DNA of 64,000 nucleotides from an uncultured Rhodospirillaceae bacterium. Its GTDB lineage: Bacteria > Pseudomonadota > Alphaproteobacteria > Rhodospirillales > UBA2165. Below, in pieces: positions 54,673 through 63,341 of this stretch. The DNA lies in contig CAZNLR010000019.1 in the NCBI GenBank assembly GCA_964574215.1, forward strand, positions 7,655 to 71,654, in the 5' to 3' direction. A model generated the notes under the pieces. It was not told the origin of the DNA and did no database searches. It worked only from the letters and a program-made list of their open reading frames with translations. Each line of letters opens with the position of its first letter. Within the stretch, counting starts at the first letter, position 1. The position numbers and the translations under genes were made by a program.

Positions 54673-55353
54673 ATGACCAAGTTAATTGACCAAATTAATG
54701 CTCCTCGACCCTTTGGCGACCGTTTGGATGGGAAAGAGGGAGAGATTATCCGGGCGGCTTACCGTTGTGTCGTCGAGCGGGGCATTGCCGCGACGACGAC
54801 CCACGCCGTGGCCGATTACGCCGGCATCAATCAAGGGAATATTCACTATTATTTCCGCACCAAAGATGCGTTGCTGGAAAGGTTGCTGGAGGAAATGTTT
54901 TCGAATTCCGTGAACAACATTCGTGCTGTCGCCAATGGTGATCTGTCCCCTCGGGAAAAAATGTCCCTTATCCTATCTCTCGGATCGTCCTTGGTGGGGC
55001 CGCGCCGGGATGAGTTGGTGGTGTTTTTCGCCTTTTGGGCCCATGCCATGTCCAATGGCGGCAATTGGCGGCAACTCTATGTCGATCTGTTCCGGAAATT
55101 CCGCGGCACCATCGTCGCCATCCTTAAACAAGAGCAATGGTCTCAATTCAATATCAAAGGTGGTGAGGAGGCGGTGGCCTCCATGGTGGTGGCCATCGTG
55201 CAAGGTCTGGGACTGCAGTATATTATGGATCCCGCCGCCGTGGAGCAGGCGGATTTGGACGCCGCTCTCAACGATCTGTTTGATAACGTTTTGGTCGGCG
55301 GGGCGGCGGCTGTTCCTCCCATTGAGGCTTCCCAAGAGGAGTATGGGATATGA
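54673..55353 (+). CDS. TetR/AcrR family transcriptional regulator
   Basis: 226 aa. HTH IAATTTHAVADYAGINQGNIHYYFRTKDALL. The ORF-track start at 54637 is the TTG of the -35 box and is rejected. Confidence 0.85.
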   Translation: MTKLIDQINAPRPFGDRLDGKEGEIIRAAYRCVVERGIAATTTHAVADYAGINQGNIHYYFRTKDALLERLLEEMFSNSVNNIRAVANGDLSPREKMSLILSLGSSLVGPRRDELVVFFAFWAHAMSNGGNWRQLYVDLFRKFRGTIVAILKQEQWSQFNIKGGEEAVASMVVAIVQGLGLQYIMDPAAVEQADLDAALNDLFDNVLVGGAAAVPPIEASQEEYGI

Positions 55354-55884
55354 TCGCAGATGTTGAACGTAGGGATTTTACCGTCTCCGCCGAAGATGGC
55401 GTGACGCTGTCAATCGTAGAAAAATCAACGGGAGAACGGGAGCAGCCGAAAATTCTGCTGGTTCACGGGTCGGGATGCGGTTGGGAATACTGGGACGTGC
55501 CGGTCCGGGATTACAGCATCATGGACGGTATGGCGCTTGAGGGCTTCAATGTCTACGCCATGGAGTGCCGCGGCTACGGCCGCAGCGACCGGGTCGATGG
55601 CCGGACTGTGACGGCGGAACGCATGGCGGCGGATGCCGCCATTGTCGCCCGGTCAATCGCCACTGAAGACGAGAAGGTTGGTCTGGTGGGTCATTCGTCA
55701 TCGGGCGCTGTCGTTCTGACGGCGGCGGCGAAATATGACCGTTTATGGTCCCGCCTGGTCGTGCTGGGCGCCCCCTACAAAGTCATCAACCCTCAGTTTC
55801 AGGCCTACGCCAGCCAAATGATCGAGGCTGCCGAACAGGGTGGCGAAGACACGGTTCCCAACGGTCATCATCTGGAAATCGAAA
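55350..55884 (+). pseudogene. Alpha/beta hydrolase, 3'-truncated. The ORF runs on to 56120 through out-of-frame dctM-derived sequence
   Basis: About 170-178 aa of genuine hydrolase sequence (HGSGCG oxyanion region, GHSSSG nucleophile elbow). The Asp and His of the catalytic triad are missing. The tail LCVGQHCHDAADRAHLLSLGGGSG... is a frame-shifted reading of a dctM fragment. Confidence 0.6.
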
Positions 55885-56190
55885 CTCGGCTGTGTGTTGG
55901 ACAGCATTGCCATGATGCTGCTGACCGTGCCCATCTTTTATCCCTTGGTGGCGGGTCTGGGCTACGATCTGATCTGGTTCGGCATCATCGTCGTGGTGGT
56001 GATCGAAATCAGCCTGATCACGCCGCCCATCGGATTGAACGTCTATGTGTTGCGGGCGACCCTGCCCGACGTGCCCTTGGGCACCATTTTCCGGGGCGTG
56101 ACGCCGTTTATTGTCGCTGATGTGGTGCGGTTGGCGCTCTTGGTTCTGGCGCCCGGTTTCGTTATGCTGTTGCCCAATTTGATGGACTGA
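55885..56190 (+). pseudogene. Remnant of a TRAP large-permease (DctM) gene: last ~100 codons only
   Basis: LGCVLDSIAMMLLTVPIFYPLVAGLGYDLIWFGIIVVVVIEISLITPPIGLNVYVL...LLPNLMD aligns with the C-terminus of the intact DctM at 15903-17210 (roughly half the residues identical by eye). No upstream 330 codons, no DctQ or DctP. Confidence 0.75.
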
Positions 56191-56209
56191 ATCCGAAAGA
56201 GGCGCCGCC

Positions 56210-56893
56210 ATGCATCCCACAGACCTGCCGCAGGAAGTGAAAGACCGGGTGATCGCCCGGCGGGGAAAACTCCATCTCTACGAGGACCTCGTTCCAGCCA
56301 AGTCGGCATTAATTGTCATTGATATGCAGAACGCCTTCATGGAACCCGGAGCGGTGGCAGAGGTGCCAATCGCCAGAGAGATCGTTCCCAATATTAACCG
56401 TTTGGCGAAAGTATGCCGGGAGTCGGGCGGGACCGTCGCCTGGGTTCAGGTGACGACTTCGCCCAAAGGAAGCCCGGATTACTGGCCGGGCTTGTTGGAA
56501 CACGTCAACACCGAAGAGCGGGCGGCGCGTTTTGTCGAAGCCCTGGCGGAAGGCGGCCACGGTCACGCTATCTGGCCCGAACTGGATGTCAAAGACGGCG
56601 ATATGGTTGTCAAAAAAAACCGCTATTCGGCTTTCCTGCCGGGGGCCAGTGATCTTGCAGATCAGTTGAAGGAGCGTGGCATCGATACGGTTATCATCAC
56701 CGGCACGCTCACCAATGTCTGTTGCGAAAGCTCCGCCCGGGACGCCATGATGACCGACTTCAAAACCATAATGGTCTCCGACGGCAACGCCTGCCTCCGC
56801 GACGACGAACACCTTGCCGCCCTCAGTACTGTTCTTCAGGTTTTTGGTGACGTTTTTACGACGGACGAATTAGAGGAACTTCTTTCTATCTGA
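56210..56893 (+). CDS. Cysteine hydrolase / isochorismatase family protein
   Basis: 227 aa. SALIVIDMQNAF...KNRYSAF...TVIITGTLTNVCCESSARDA (catalytic D-K-C pattern). AAGAGG RBS. Confidence 0.88.
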   Translation: MHPTDLPQEVKDRVIARRGKLHLYEDLVPAKSALIVIDMQNAFMEPGAVAEVPIAREIVPNINRLAKVCRESGGTVAWVQVTTSPKGSPDYWPGLLEHVNTEERAARFVEALAEGGHGHAIWPELDVKDGDMVVKKNRYSAFLPGASDLADQLKERGIDTVIITGTLTNVCCESSARDAMMTDFKTIMVSDGNACLRDDEHLAALSTVLQVFGDVFTTDELEELLSI

Positions 56894-57824
56894 CGAGCTG
56901 TCCCGCGATAATGCCGCCCAGGATCAGCCAACTGAAGAGCCGATTCGATTTGAACTTGGCGAGACAGTCGTGCGGGTTGTCGATGTCAATGTCCCAGGCC
57001 TGCCAGAAAGATTGAACGCCCGCCAGCGCCAGACCCAGATAAAACGGCCAGGTCAACCCCACCTGCCAGCCCGCAACCCCGACTAGCGTGATAGCCAGCC
57101 CGTAGAAAACATATAGCCAGGGCCTGGTATTGTCCCCTAGTTTGAGGGCCGAGGATTTAACGCCGACCAGGAGGTCGTCCTCCTTGTCCTGGTGGGCGTA
57201 GATGGTGTCGTAGCCGAGGGTCCAGAAAATACCTGCCACATATAGAATGAGCGCCGGCGTCTGCAAATCGCCCCGGACCGCCGCCCATCCCAGCAACGCC
57301 CCCCAATTGAAAGTCAGACCCAGCACAAACTGGGGCCAATAGGTGATGCGCTTCATAAAGGGATAAATGACCACCAACACCAGGCTTGCTGCACCGACGC
57401 CGACGGCGAAACTGTTGAACTGGAGCAAAATTGCCAGGCCGATCAGTCCGAGCGCCAGCATGTAGACGACGGCCTGTAGCACCGAAACATCGCCCGACGG
57501 AATGGGCCGGTCGGCGGTGCGGGCGATCATACCATCGAAATTCCGGTCGGTGATGTCGTTGAAGGTGCAGCCCGCTCCCCGCATGATCAGGGCGCCCATT
57601 CCGAACAGCGCAATCAGCCACAGGCTGGGCCATCCCGGCGTCGCCAGGGCAATGCTCCACCAGCACGGAAACAGCAGCAGCCACGTACCAATGGGCCGGT
57701 CGAACCGGGCCATACGTGCATAGGGTCGCGCCGCCGTCGGTAGATAATGATCGACCCAACTGCCTTTGGGAATATCGCTGGCTTGCAGGTCGGATGCCTG
57801 GTCTGGCGTGTGCGTTTGTTCCAT
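56886..57824 (-). CDS. ubiA: 4-hydroxybenzoate polyprenyltransferase
   Basis: 312 aa UbiA prenyltransferase (GAGCTFNDITDRNFD, YAHQDKEDD). ATG at 57824 preferred. The 3' end overlaps the convergent isochorismatase gene by 8 nt. Confidence 0.9.
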   Translation of the reverse strand: MEQTHTPDQASDLQASDIPKGSWVDHYLPTAARPYARMARFDRPIGTWLLLFPCWWSIALATPGWPSLWLIALFGMGALIMRGAGCTFNDITDRNFDGMIARTADRPIPSGDVSVLQAVVYMLALGLIGLAILLQFNSFAVGVGAASLVLVVIYPFMKRITYWPQFVLGLTFNWGALLGWAAVRGDLQTPALILYVAGIFWTLGYDTIYAHQDKEDDLLVGVKSSALKLGDNTRPWLYVFYGLAITLVGVAGWQVGLTWPFYLGLALAGVQSFWQAWDIDIDNPHDCLAKFKSNRLFSWLILGGIIAGQLVR

Positions 57825-57931
57825 GGCGCCATTATCCCGCTTGAAGGGCACCGGTGCAATCAAAGACCTGCAACATGGCCGCATGATACGAGGCGTTGGA
57901 ATCTCCGGGTTAAATTGGCTAAAAGAGTTAG

Positions 57932-58657
57932 ATGGACGCGAAAATCAGGCTTTTTATCAATGACGATCTGACGGCGGGAGCAATAGTTCAACTTTCTCCG
58001 GATCAAACGCATTACCTTAAGAATGTCATGCGCCAAGACGCCGGGGGAAACGTGCTGCTGTTCAATGGCCGGCAGGGAGAGTGGATGGCGAAAATCGACT
58101 CCCTGGGCAAGAAGGGCGCAATTCTCTCGATCCTTGAGAAGACGAGGGAGCAGAGGAGTGAGCCGGAAGTCTGGCTGCTCTTCGCACCGGTTAAAAAATC
58201 CGGCACGGATATGATTGCGGAAAAAGCCACTGAATTGGGTGTCACCAGATTGTGGCCGGTGATAACCGAACGTACCAATGTGGAACGGGTAAAAACCGAA
58301 CGTCTGAAAGCCAATGTCATTGAGGCGGCCGAGCAATGCCGCCGCCTGACAGTTCCCGACGTGCGCGAACCCGAGAAGCTTGCCGACGTGCTTGCCGACT
58401 GGAACCCGGGGCGGCGCTTGATCGTGTTGGACGAAACCGGTGACGGTGATCCTCTCGCCGAAATTCTCAAGCGGGAACGGAAACCAGAGGGTGACGCTTT
58501 ATTGATTGGTCCGGAAGGCGGATTTTCAAGATCGGAGCTTGACGCCATGGGGAATCTCCCCTTTGTTACCACCGCCAGTCTCGGGGACCGGATTCTTCGC
58601 GCAGAAACGGCGGCCTTGGCATCGCTTGCCGTTTGGCAGGCCTTGTCCCAGGCCTGA
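57932..58657 (+). CDS. rsmE: 16S rRNA (uracil1498-N3)-methyltransferase
   Basis: 241 aa. PUA-like N-terminus (HYLKNVMRQDAG) and SPOUT C-terminus (LLIGPEGGFS..E). Confidence 0.9.
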   Translation: MDAKIRLFINDDLTAGAIVQLSPDQTHYLKNVMRQDAGGNVLLFNGRQGEWMAKIDSLGKKGAILSILEKTREQRSEPEVWLLFAPVKKSGTDMIAEKATELGVTRLWPVITERTNVERVKTERLKANVIEAAEQCRRLTVPDVREPEKLADVLADWNPGRRLIVLDETGDGDPLAEILKRERKPEGDALLIGPEGGFSRSELDAMGNLPFVTTASLGDRILRAETAALASLAVWQALSQA

Positions 58658-58716
58658 ATTTCGGATTTAAACGGCGAGTGGCATATTGAGTCTACGCATG
58701 AAAGAAAATAGATACG

Positions 58717-60078
58717 ATGAACGATAATAAGAATAACAACGTGATAGAAAATAAGGCTCAATTAGTCACTTTTTTGGAATCCGGCTGCAAACCCGAAGAT
58801 CAATGGAAAATCGGCACCGAGCATGAAAAATTCGGTTTTGATCCCGATACCTTGAAACCGCTTACCTATGAAGGGCCAAAGGGAATTCGGGCCTTCCTGG
58901 AAGGGATGGAGCGGTTCGACTGGACGCCGGTTTTGGAAAACGGCCAGCCCATCGCCCTGATCAAGTCAGATCACAGTTCGGTCACCCTGGAGCCCGGCGG
59001 GCAGGTCGAGCTTTCCGGCGCGCCCCTGGACACCATTCATCAGACCTGCCGGGAAGTGGGCCTCCATCTCAACCAGGCCAAGGAAATCGCCGGTGAACTG
59101 GGCATCAGTTTCATGGGGATGGGCTATCAGCCCAGATGGGCGCTTTCCGATATCGAATGGATGCCCAAGGGCCGCTACGAAATCATGCGCAACTATATGC
59201 CGACCAAGGGCGATCTCGGTCTTCATATGATGCTGGCGACCTGCACGGTGCAGGTCAATCTGGACTTTGCCTCGGAAGCCCACATGACCGAAATGTTCCG
59301 CACGTCGCTGGCGGTACAGCCGGTGGCGACGGCCTTGTGGGCATCGTCCCCCTTCCGGGAGGGGGCGAAGTCGGGATATCTCAGCTACCGCAGCCACATC
59401 TGGACCGATACCGACCCCGACCGGTGCGGCCTGCTGCCCTTCGTTTTTGAAGACGATTTCGGGTTCGAACGCTACGTGGACTATATGCTGGAAGTACCCA
59501 TGTATTTCGTCTACCGGGACGGCAATTATATCGATGCTTCGGGCCAGTCCTTTCGGGATTTTCTGTCGGGAAGTTTGCCGGCCCTGCCCGGCGAGAAGCC
59601 CACCATGAAGGATTGGGAAGACCATCTCACCACGGTGTTTCCGGAAGTCCGCTTAAAGAAATACATCGAAATGAGGGGCGCCGACGGCGGGCCGTGGAAC
59701 CGGCTTTGCGCGTTGCCGGCTTTTTGGGTGGGGCTGATGTATGACCAGGAGGCTTTGTCGGCGGTCAGCGACCTCATCAGCGATTGGGGCTATGAAGAAA
59801 TTTCAGCGTTGCGGGACAATGTGCCCAAGTCGGCCCTGAAAACGGAATTCAGAGGCGGCACGGTCCGGGACCTTGCGCTTCAATTGCTGGATATCGCCAA
59901 GGGGGGTCTAAACCGGCGGGCCAAGTCGGACAGTTCCGGACGGGATGAAAGCATATTCTTAGATCCGCTCCATAAAATAGCCGAAAGCGGCGTCACGCCG
60001 GCCGAAGACCTGCTTGCGTCTTTCGACGGCGACTGGAACGGCAGCGTCGATCCGGTCTTCGAAGCGTTGGCGTATTAA
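58717..60078 (+). CDS. gshA: Glutamate-cysteine ligase, plant/alphaproteobacterial type
   Basis: 453 aa. GTEHEKFGF...[14 protein letters not shown]...[14 protein letters not shown], typical of the GCS2-type enzyme. Confidence 0.92.
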   Translation: MNDNKNNNVIENKAQLVTFLESGCKPEDQWKIGTEHEKFGFDPDTLKPLTYEGPKGIRAFLEGMERFDWTPVLENGQPIALIKSDHSSVTLEPGGQVELSGAPLDTIHQTCREVGLHLNQAKEIAGELGISFMGMGYQPRWALSDIEWMPKGRYEIMRNYMPTKGDLGLHMMLATCTVQVNLDFASEAHMTEMFRTSLAVQPVATALWASSPFREGAKSGYLSYRSHIWTDTDPDRCGLLPFVFEDDFGFERYVDYMLEVPMYFVYRDGNYIDASGQSFRDFLSGSLPALPGEKPTMKDWEDHLTTVFPEVRLKKYIEMRGADGGPWNRLCALPAFWVGLMYDQEALSAVSDLISDWGYEEISALRDNVPKSALKTEFRGGTVRDLALQLLDIAKGGLNRRAKSDSSGRDESIFLDPLHKIAESGVTPAEDLLASFDGDWNGSVDPVFEALAY

Positions 60079-60133
60079 GAGCCCAAAGGGAGCAATTATG
60101 GATATTAGGGTATGACGGCAAGTCATGCGCTAT

Positions 60134-61588
60134 TTATCGTATCAGCGTCACCACTTGTTTGGTGACCATACTGAATCCCAGATAATCGTAAGCCCAACCG
60201 TTGTCGGTGACGGCTTCTTGAAAAGCTTTAAATTCGTCTTCGCGCCAATGCCGGTTGCCAATATATTCATCAAACACAATCACGGTGCCTTCAACAATTT
60301 GTGGCGCCAGAATATCAAAAATTGTTTTAGTAGATTCATAAGTATCGCAGTCGACATTGATGAACCGCACCGGACCCCTGTGGGTTATTGCGAATTCCGG
60401 CAACGTCTGATCGAACCACCCTTGGATCAATGTGACATGTTCGGGGACGTCCGGAATTTCACCACCGGTGGAATAGCTGCCTTTCGGCCGTTCATGCCAT
60501 TCGCTTTGCAAGCCTTCAAAACTGTCGAAGCCGTGGATTGGCTCATCGGTCAGTTTGGCGATTTGCCGGATACTGGCGCCGAACCTGACGCCGAATTCCA
60601 GGATCAGACCGTCTTCACGTGCGTTCTGGAATGCCAGCTTGAAAGCGTCGATGGGCGATCCGAAGATTAAAGGCAAATCTGTACCGGTAGATTTCAAATA
60701 ACGCCAAGCATCAAGGCGTGCATTTGTCAGCGACGATCCTTCTTTTGCCTGGCTAAAATAGTCTTCTGCCCGTTCCTGAGACCCCGCACAATCCAGGCAT
60801 ATGCCGAGATACAATTTGTTGTTGGCGCTTGGGTTGTTTTCGACCGCCTTTTCAAGACATTCGATCGACGGTGACAGGTCATTAGGATTAATCAACAATC
60901 CGTGTTTGTTAAAGTGGGCTTCCGCGTAGTCAGGATCAATTGCCAAGGCTTTTCCGAAACTTGTCAAAGCTTCGTCCGTTCGGCCTAAGTCATTAAGAGA
61001 ATTGCCACAATTGTTATAAGCCTCCTTATAGTCGGGTAAGATTTCAACGGCTCGATTGTAGCTGGTCACCGCATCGTCTAACCGCCCCAGTTCATGGAGG
61101 GCGAGTCCGAGATTAAAATGAGCAATAGCAAAATCGGGTTGTATTGTGACTGCCTGACGGAAGCAGTCAGCAGCATCGAACAGCCGTCCCTGTTTCTTGA
61201 ACACGCTGCCGAGATTGCAATGGGCGCTGGCGTTGTCCGGTTCTATGGCAAGAGCGCGATTGTAGGCGGCAATTGCCTCTTCCAGTTTTTCCGTCTCTAA
61301 AAATATATTGCCGAGATTACAGTGATAGGCCTCATTGTTCGGATTCGTGTCGATGGCTTTTTCGATTAATTTTTCGGCCGCTTCGCTATGACCCATTTGA
61401 TGAGCGATTAAACCCAACAAATGATTGGCGTCGGGATTGTCGGGTTCGATCCTGAGGACTTGGCGGTATGCCGATTCCGCCTCGGACAGATTTCCCGCCT
61501 GATGATGCCGGTACCCCTGCTCAATGTATGAGACAGGGTTCGGCGCAGAAAAATCGTCTGATGCCTCGCCGGGTTTGTCTTTGTTCAT
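60134..61588 (-). CDS. TPR-repeat protein fused to a TylF/Methyltransf_24-like class I SAM-dependent methyltransferase
   Basis: 484 aa. About 7 TPR units (AEHFNLGLALHELGRLDDAVTSYNRAVEILPD and similar), then C-terminal ILEFGVRFGASI...FINVDCDTYEST...VIVFDEY. Confidence 0.8.
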   Translation of the reverse strand: MNKDKPGEASDDFSAPNPVSYIEQGYRHHQAGNLSEAESAYRQVLRIEPDNPDANHLLGLIAHQMGHSEAAEKLIEKAIDTNPNNEAYHCNLGNIFLETEKLEEAIAAYNRALAIEPDNASAHCNLGSVFKKQGRLFDAADCFRQAVTIQPDFAIAHFNLGLALHELGRLDDAVTSYNRAVEILPDYKEAYNNCGNSLNDLGRTDEALTSFGKALAIDPDYAEAHFNKHGLLINPNDLSPSIECLEKAVENNPSANNKLYLGICLDCAGSQERAEDYFSQAKEGSSLTNARLDAWRYLKSTGTDLPLIFGSPIDAFKLAFQNAREDGLILEFGVRFGASIRQIAKLTDEPIHGFDSFEGLQSEWHERPKGSYSTGGEIPDVPEHVTLIQGWFDQTLPEFAITHRGPVRFINVDCDTYESTKTIFDILAPQIVEGTVIVFDEYIGNRHWREDEFKAFQEAVTDNGWAYDYLGFSMVTKQVVTLIR

Positions 61589-61802
61589 TTATTGTCCCCT
61601 TGCCGCGTTAAGAGGTTTATAGCCAAAATTTCGGCACCAGGTAAATGCAATCGCAAATAGGCATTTTCAAAATGTATCAGTGGGACCCATCGTCGACCGG
61701 TTTGTACCCACAGGATTGTGACAAGAAAATGAAAAACGTGAACAGCTGAATTGCTGATACTCATTTACGATCCTTGGGTCGACTTTAAAAATCGAGGATG
61801 CG

Positions 61803-62354
61803 ATGCACCGTCTTGCCATTCTAGTTGTTATTCTCGTCCTGGCCGCATCATCTTTGGCATCAGCCAGGCCGTCGCCCCAACCGGTACCGAGACCGGCGCC
61901 CGCTTGGGATGTGTCCGAGTGGATAAACAGCCAAAAATTTGAACTGAACGATCTCAAGGGACAGGTGGTCATTATCGAGTTCTTCCAACTCTGGTGTCCC
62001 GGGTGTAATGCGTTCTCCATTCCTTTGATAAAAAAATGGCATCAACGATTCGCCAAGGAGATCGAAAACAAACGGCTGAAAATTGTCAGTATTCATACGG
62101 TATTCGAAGGATTTGACTTTCAATCACCCGCCCGGCTGCGAAAATTTTTAAAACGGAAAGATATCCGGCATCCGGTGGGCGTTGACCGGCCGCAAGCCGG
62201 AACCCATGTCCCCCGCACCATGGACCGGTTTGGTACAAGCGGTACGCCGGAAATGGCGATTGTCGATAAAGCAGGGTATATCCGATTCCAAGAGTTTGGT
62301 GGATTTCAGATTGAACCGGCGGAGCGATTGATACGCAGGCTTCTAAAAGAATAG
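61803..62354 (+). CDS. TlpA/redoxin family thiol-disulfide oxidoreductase (secreted)
   Basis: 183 aa with a signal peptide and the thioredoxin-fold active site WCPGC. Confidence 0.85.
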   Translation: MHRLAILVVILVLAASSLASARPSPQPVPRPAPAWDVSEWINSQKFELNDLKGQVVIIEFFQLWCPGCNAFSIPLIKKWHQRFAKEIENKRLKIVSIHTVFEGFDFQSPARLRKFLKRKDIRHPVGVDRPQAGTHVPRTMDRFGTSGTPEMAIVDKAGYIRFQEFGGFQIEPAERLIRRLLKE

Positions 62355-62367
62355 CTAATTTTAATGC

Positions 62368-63180
62368 TTATTCCGCCTGCGCCAGATACTCGGCGCGGAC
62401 GGCGCGAATTTGCTCTTTGATTTTACTGCCGAAGGTCGACATTTCCTGTTCTTCTTTGTCGCTGAGGGGATCGACGATGCCTTTGATGAAAGCGGGTTTA
62501 TTCCTGGCCCGCGCCCACCAGGCTCGAACCCCCGGTCGCTCCTCGGTCCAGATATCCATTAGATTCAGGAAATCCAGCCGGGCGGCATAGGGCATGATAT
62601 TGATGTCGGCCAGGCTGTAACCGGATGGCACCAGCCAGTCGCTGCCGCCCGCCAATGCCGTCTCCATATTGGCGAAGGCTTTTTCATAGGCCGCCACGCC
62701 CCGGAATACATAGGGCGATTCGACGCCTTTCTCGTAAGTGGACATAAACCGGTCCCGCCGTTTGGGATCGCCCACATTGCGAAACCTGATATCCCGCTGT
62801 TCGTCGGTCATATTTTTCATGCGTTCCCGGAACATGGCGGAAAAACTGATCTCCACCACTCCTTCGTGGAGGCCTTCATCGACGGCCTTGCTCCACAGAC
62901 GCATCTGGGACCGTTCAAAGGGATCATCCGGTTTCAGGCTGGGGTCGGGAAAGGTTTCGTCCAGATATTCGCAAATCAGCGTGGATTCGATGATCGGATT
63001 GCCGTCGTGAACGAGGGTTGGCACCAGTCCTTTCGGGTTCAGTTTGAGATACTCCGGATCGTACTGTTCGCTGGTGAAGAGGTTCACTTCCCTGGTTTCC
63101 CAGGTCTGGCCTTTCTCGGACAAGGTAATGCGGACCTTCTGGGCGCAGACCGAATTGCCGAACTGGTAAAGCGTAAGCAT
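62368..63180 (-). CDS. Glutathione S-transferase family protein
   Basis: 270 aa from the ATG at 63180 (MLTLYQFGNSVCAQKVRITLSEKG...LVPTLVHDGNPIIESTLICEYLDE). The 54-codon upstream extension in the ORF track is rejected. Confidence 0.88.
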   Translation of the reverse strand: MLTLYQFGNSVCAQKVRITLSEKGQTWETREVNLFTSEQYDPEYLKLNPKGLVPTLVHDGNPIIESTLICEYLDETFPDPSLKPDDPFERSQMRLWSKAVDEGLHEGVVEISFSAMFRERMKNMTDEQRDIRFRNVGDPKRRDRFMSTYEKGVESPYVFRGVAAYEKAFANMETALAGGSDWLVPSGYSLADINIMPYAARLDFLNLMDIWTEERPGVRAWWARARNKPAFIKGIVDPLSDKEEQEMSTFGSKIKEQIRAVRAEYLAQAE

Positions 63181-63341
63181 GGCGGTTCCGTTCAAGAACT
63201 TAGATATCTGTAGCGGCAACCTATCAAATTCAGGGAGCGTTGAAAAACCTCCCGCCCCAAAACAAATTAGAATGCGACTTGATCGCAAAAAATTAAAGAC
63301 TATGCTTTTCAAGTACAGCAATCGGGATGAGGAGAATTTCA

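Noticed and set aside
55350-56120. Treating the 256-aa ORF as an intact alpha/beta hydrolase
   Set aside because: Only the first ~170-178 residues look like a hydrolase. The remainder is an out-of-frame reading of a dctM 3' fragment (see findings), and the catalytic Asp and His are absent.
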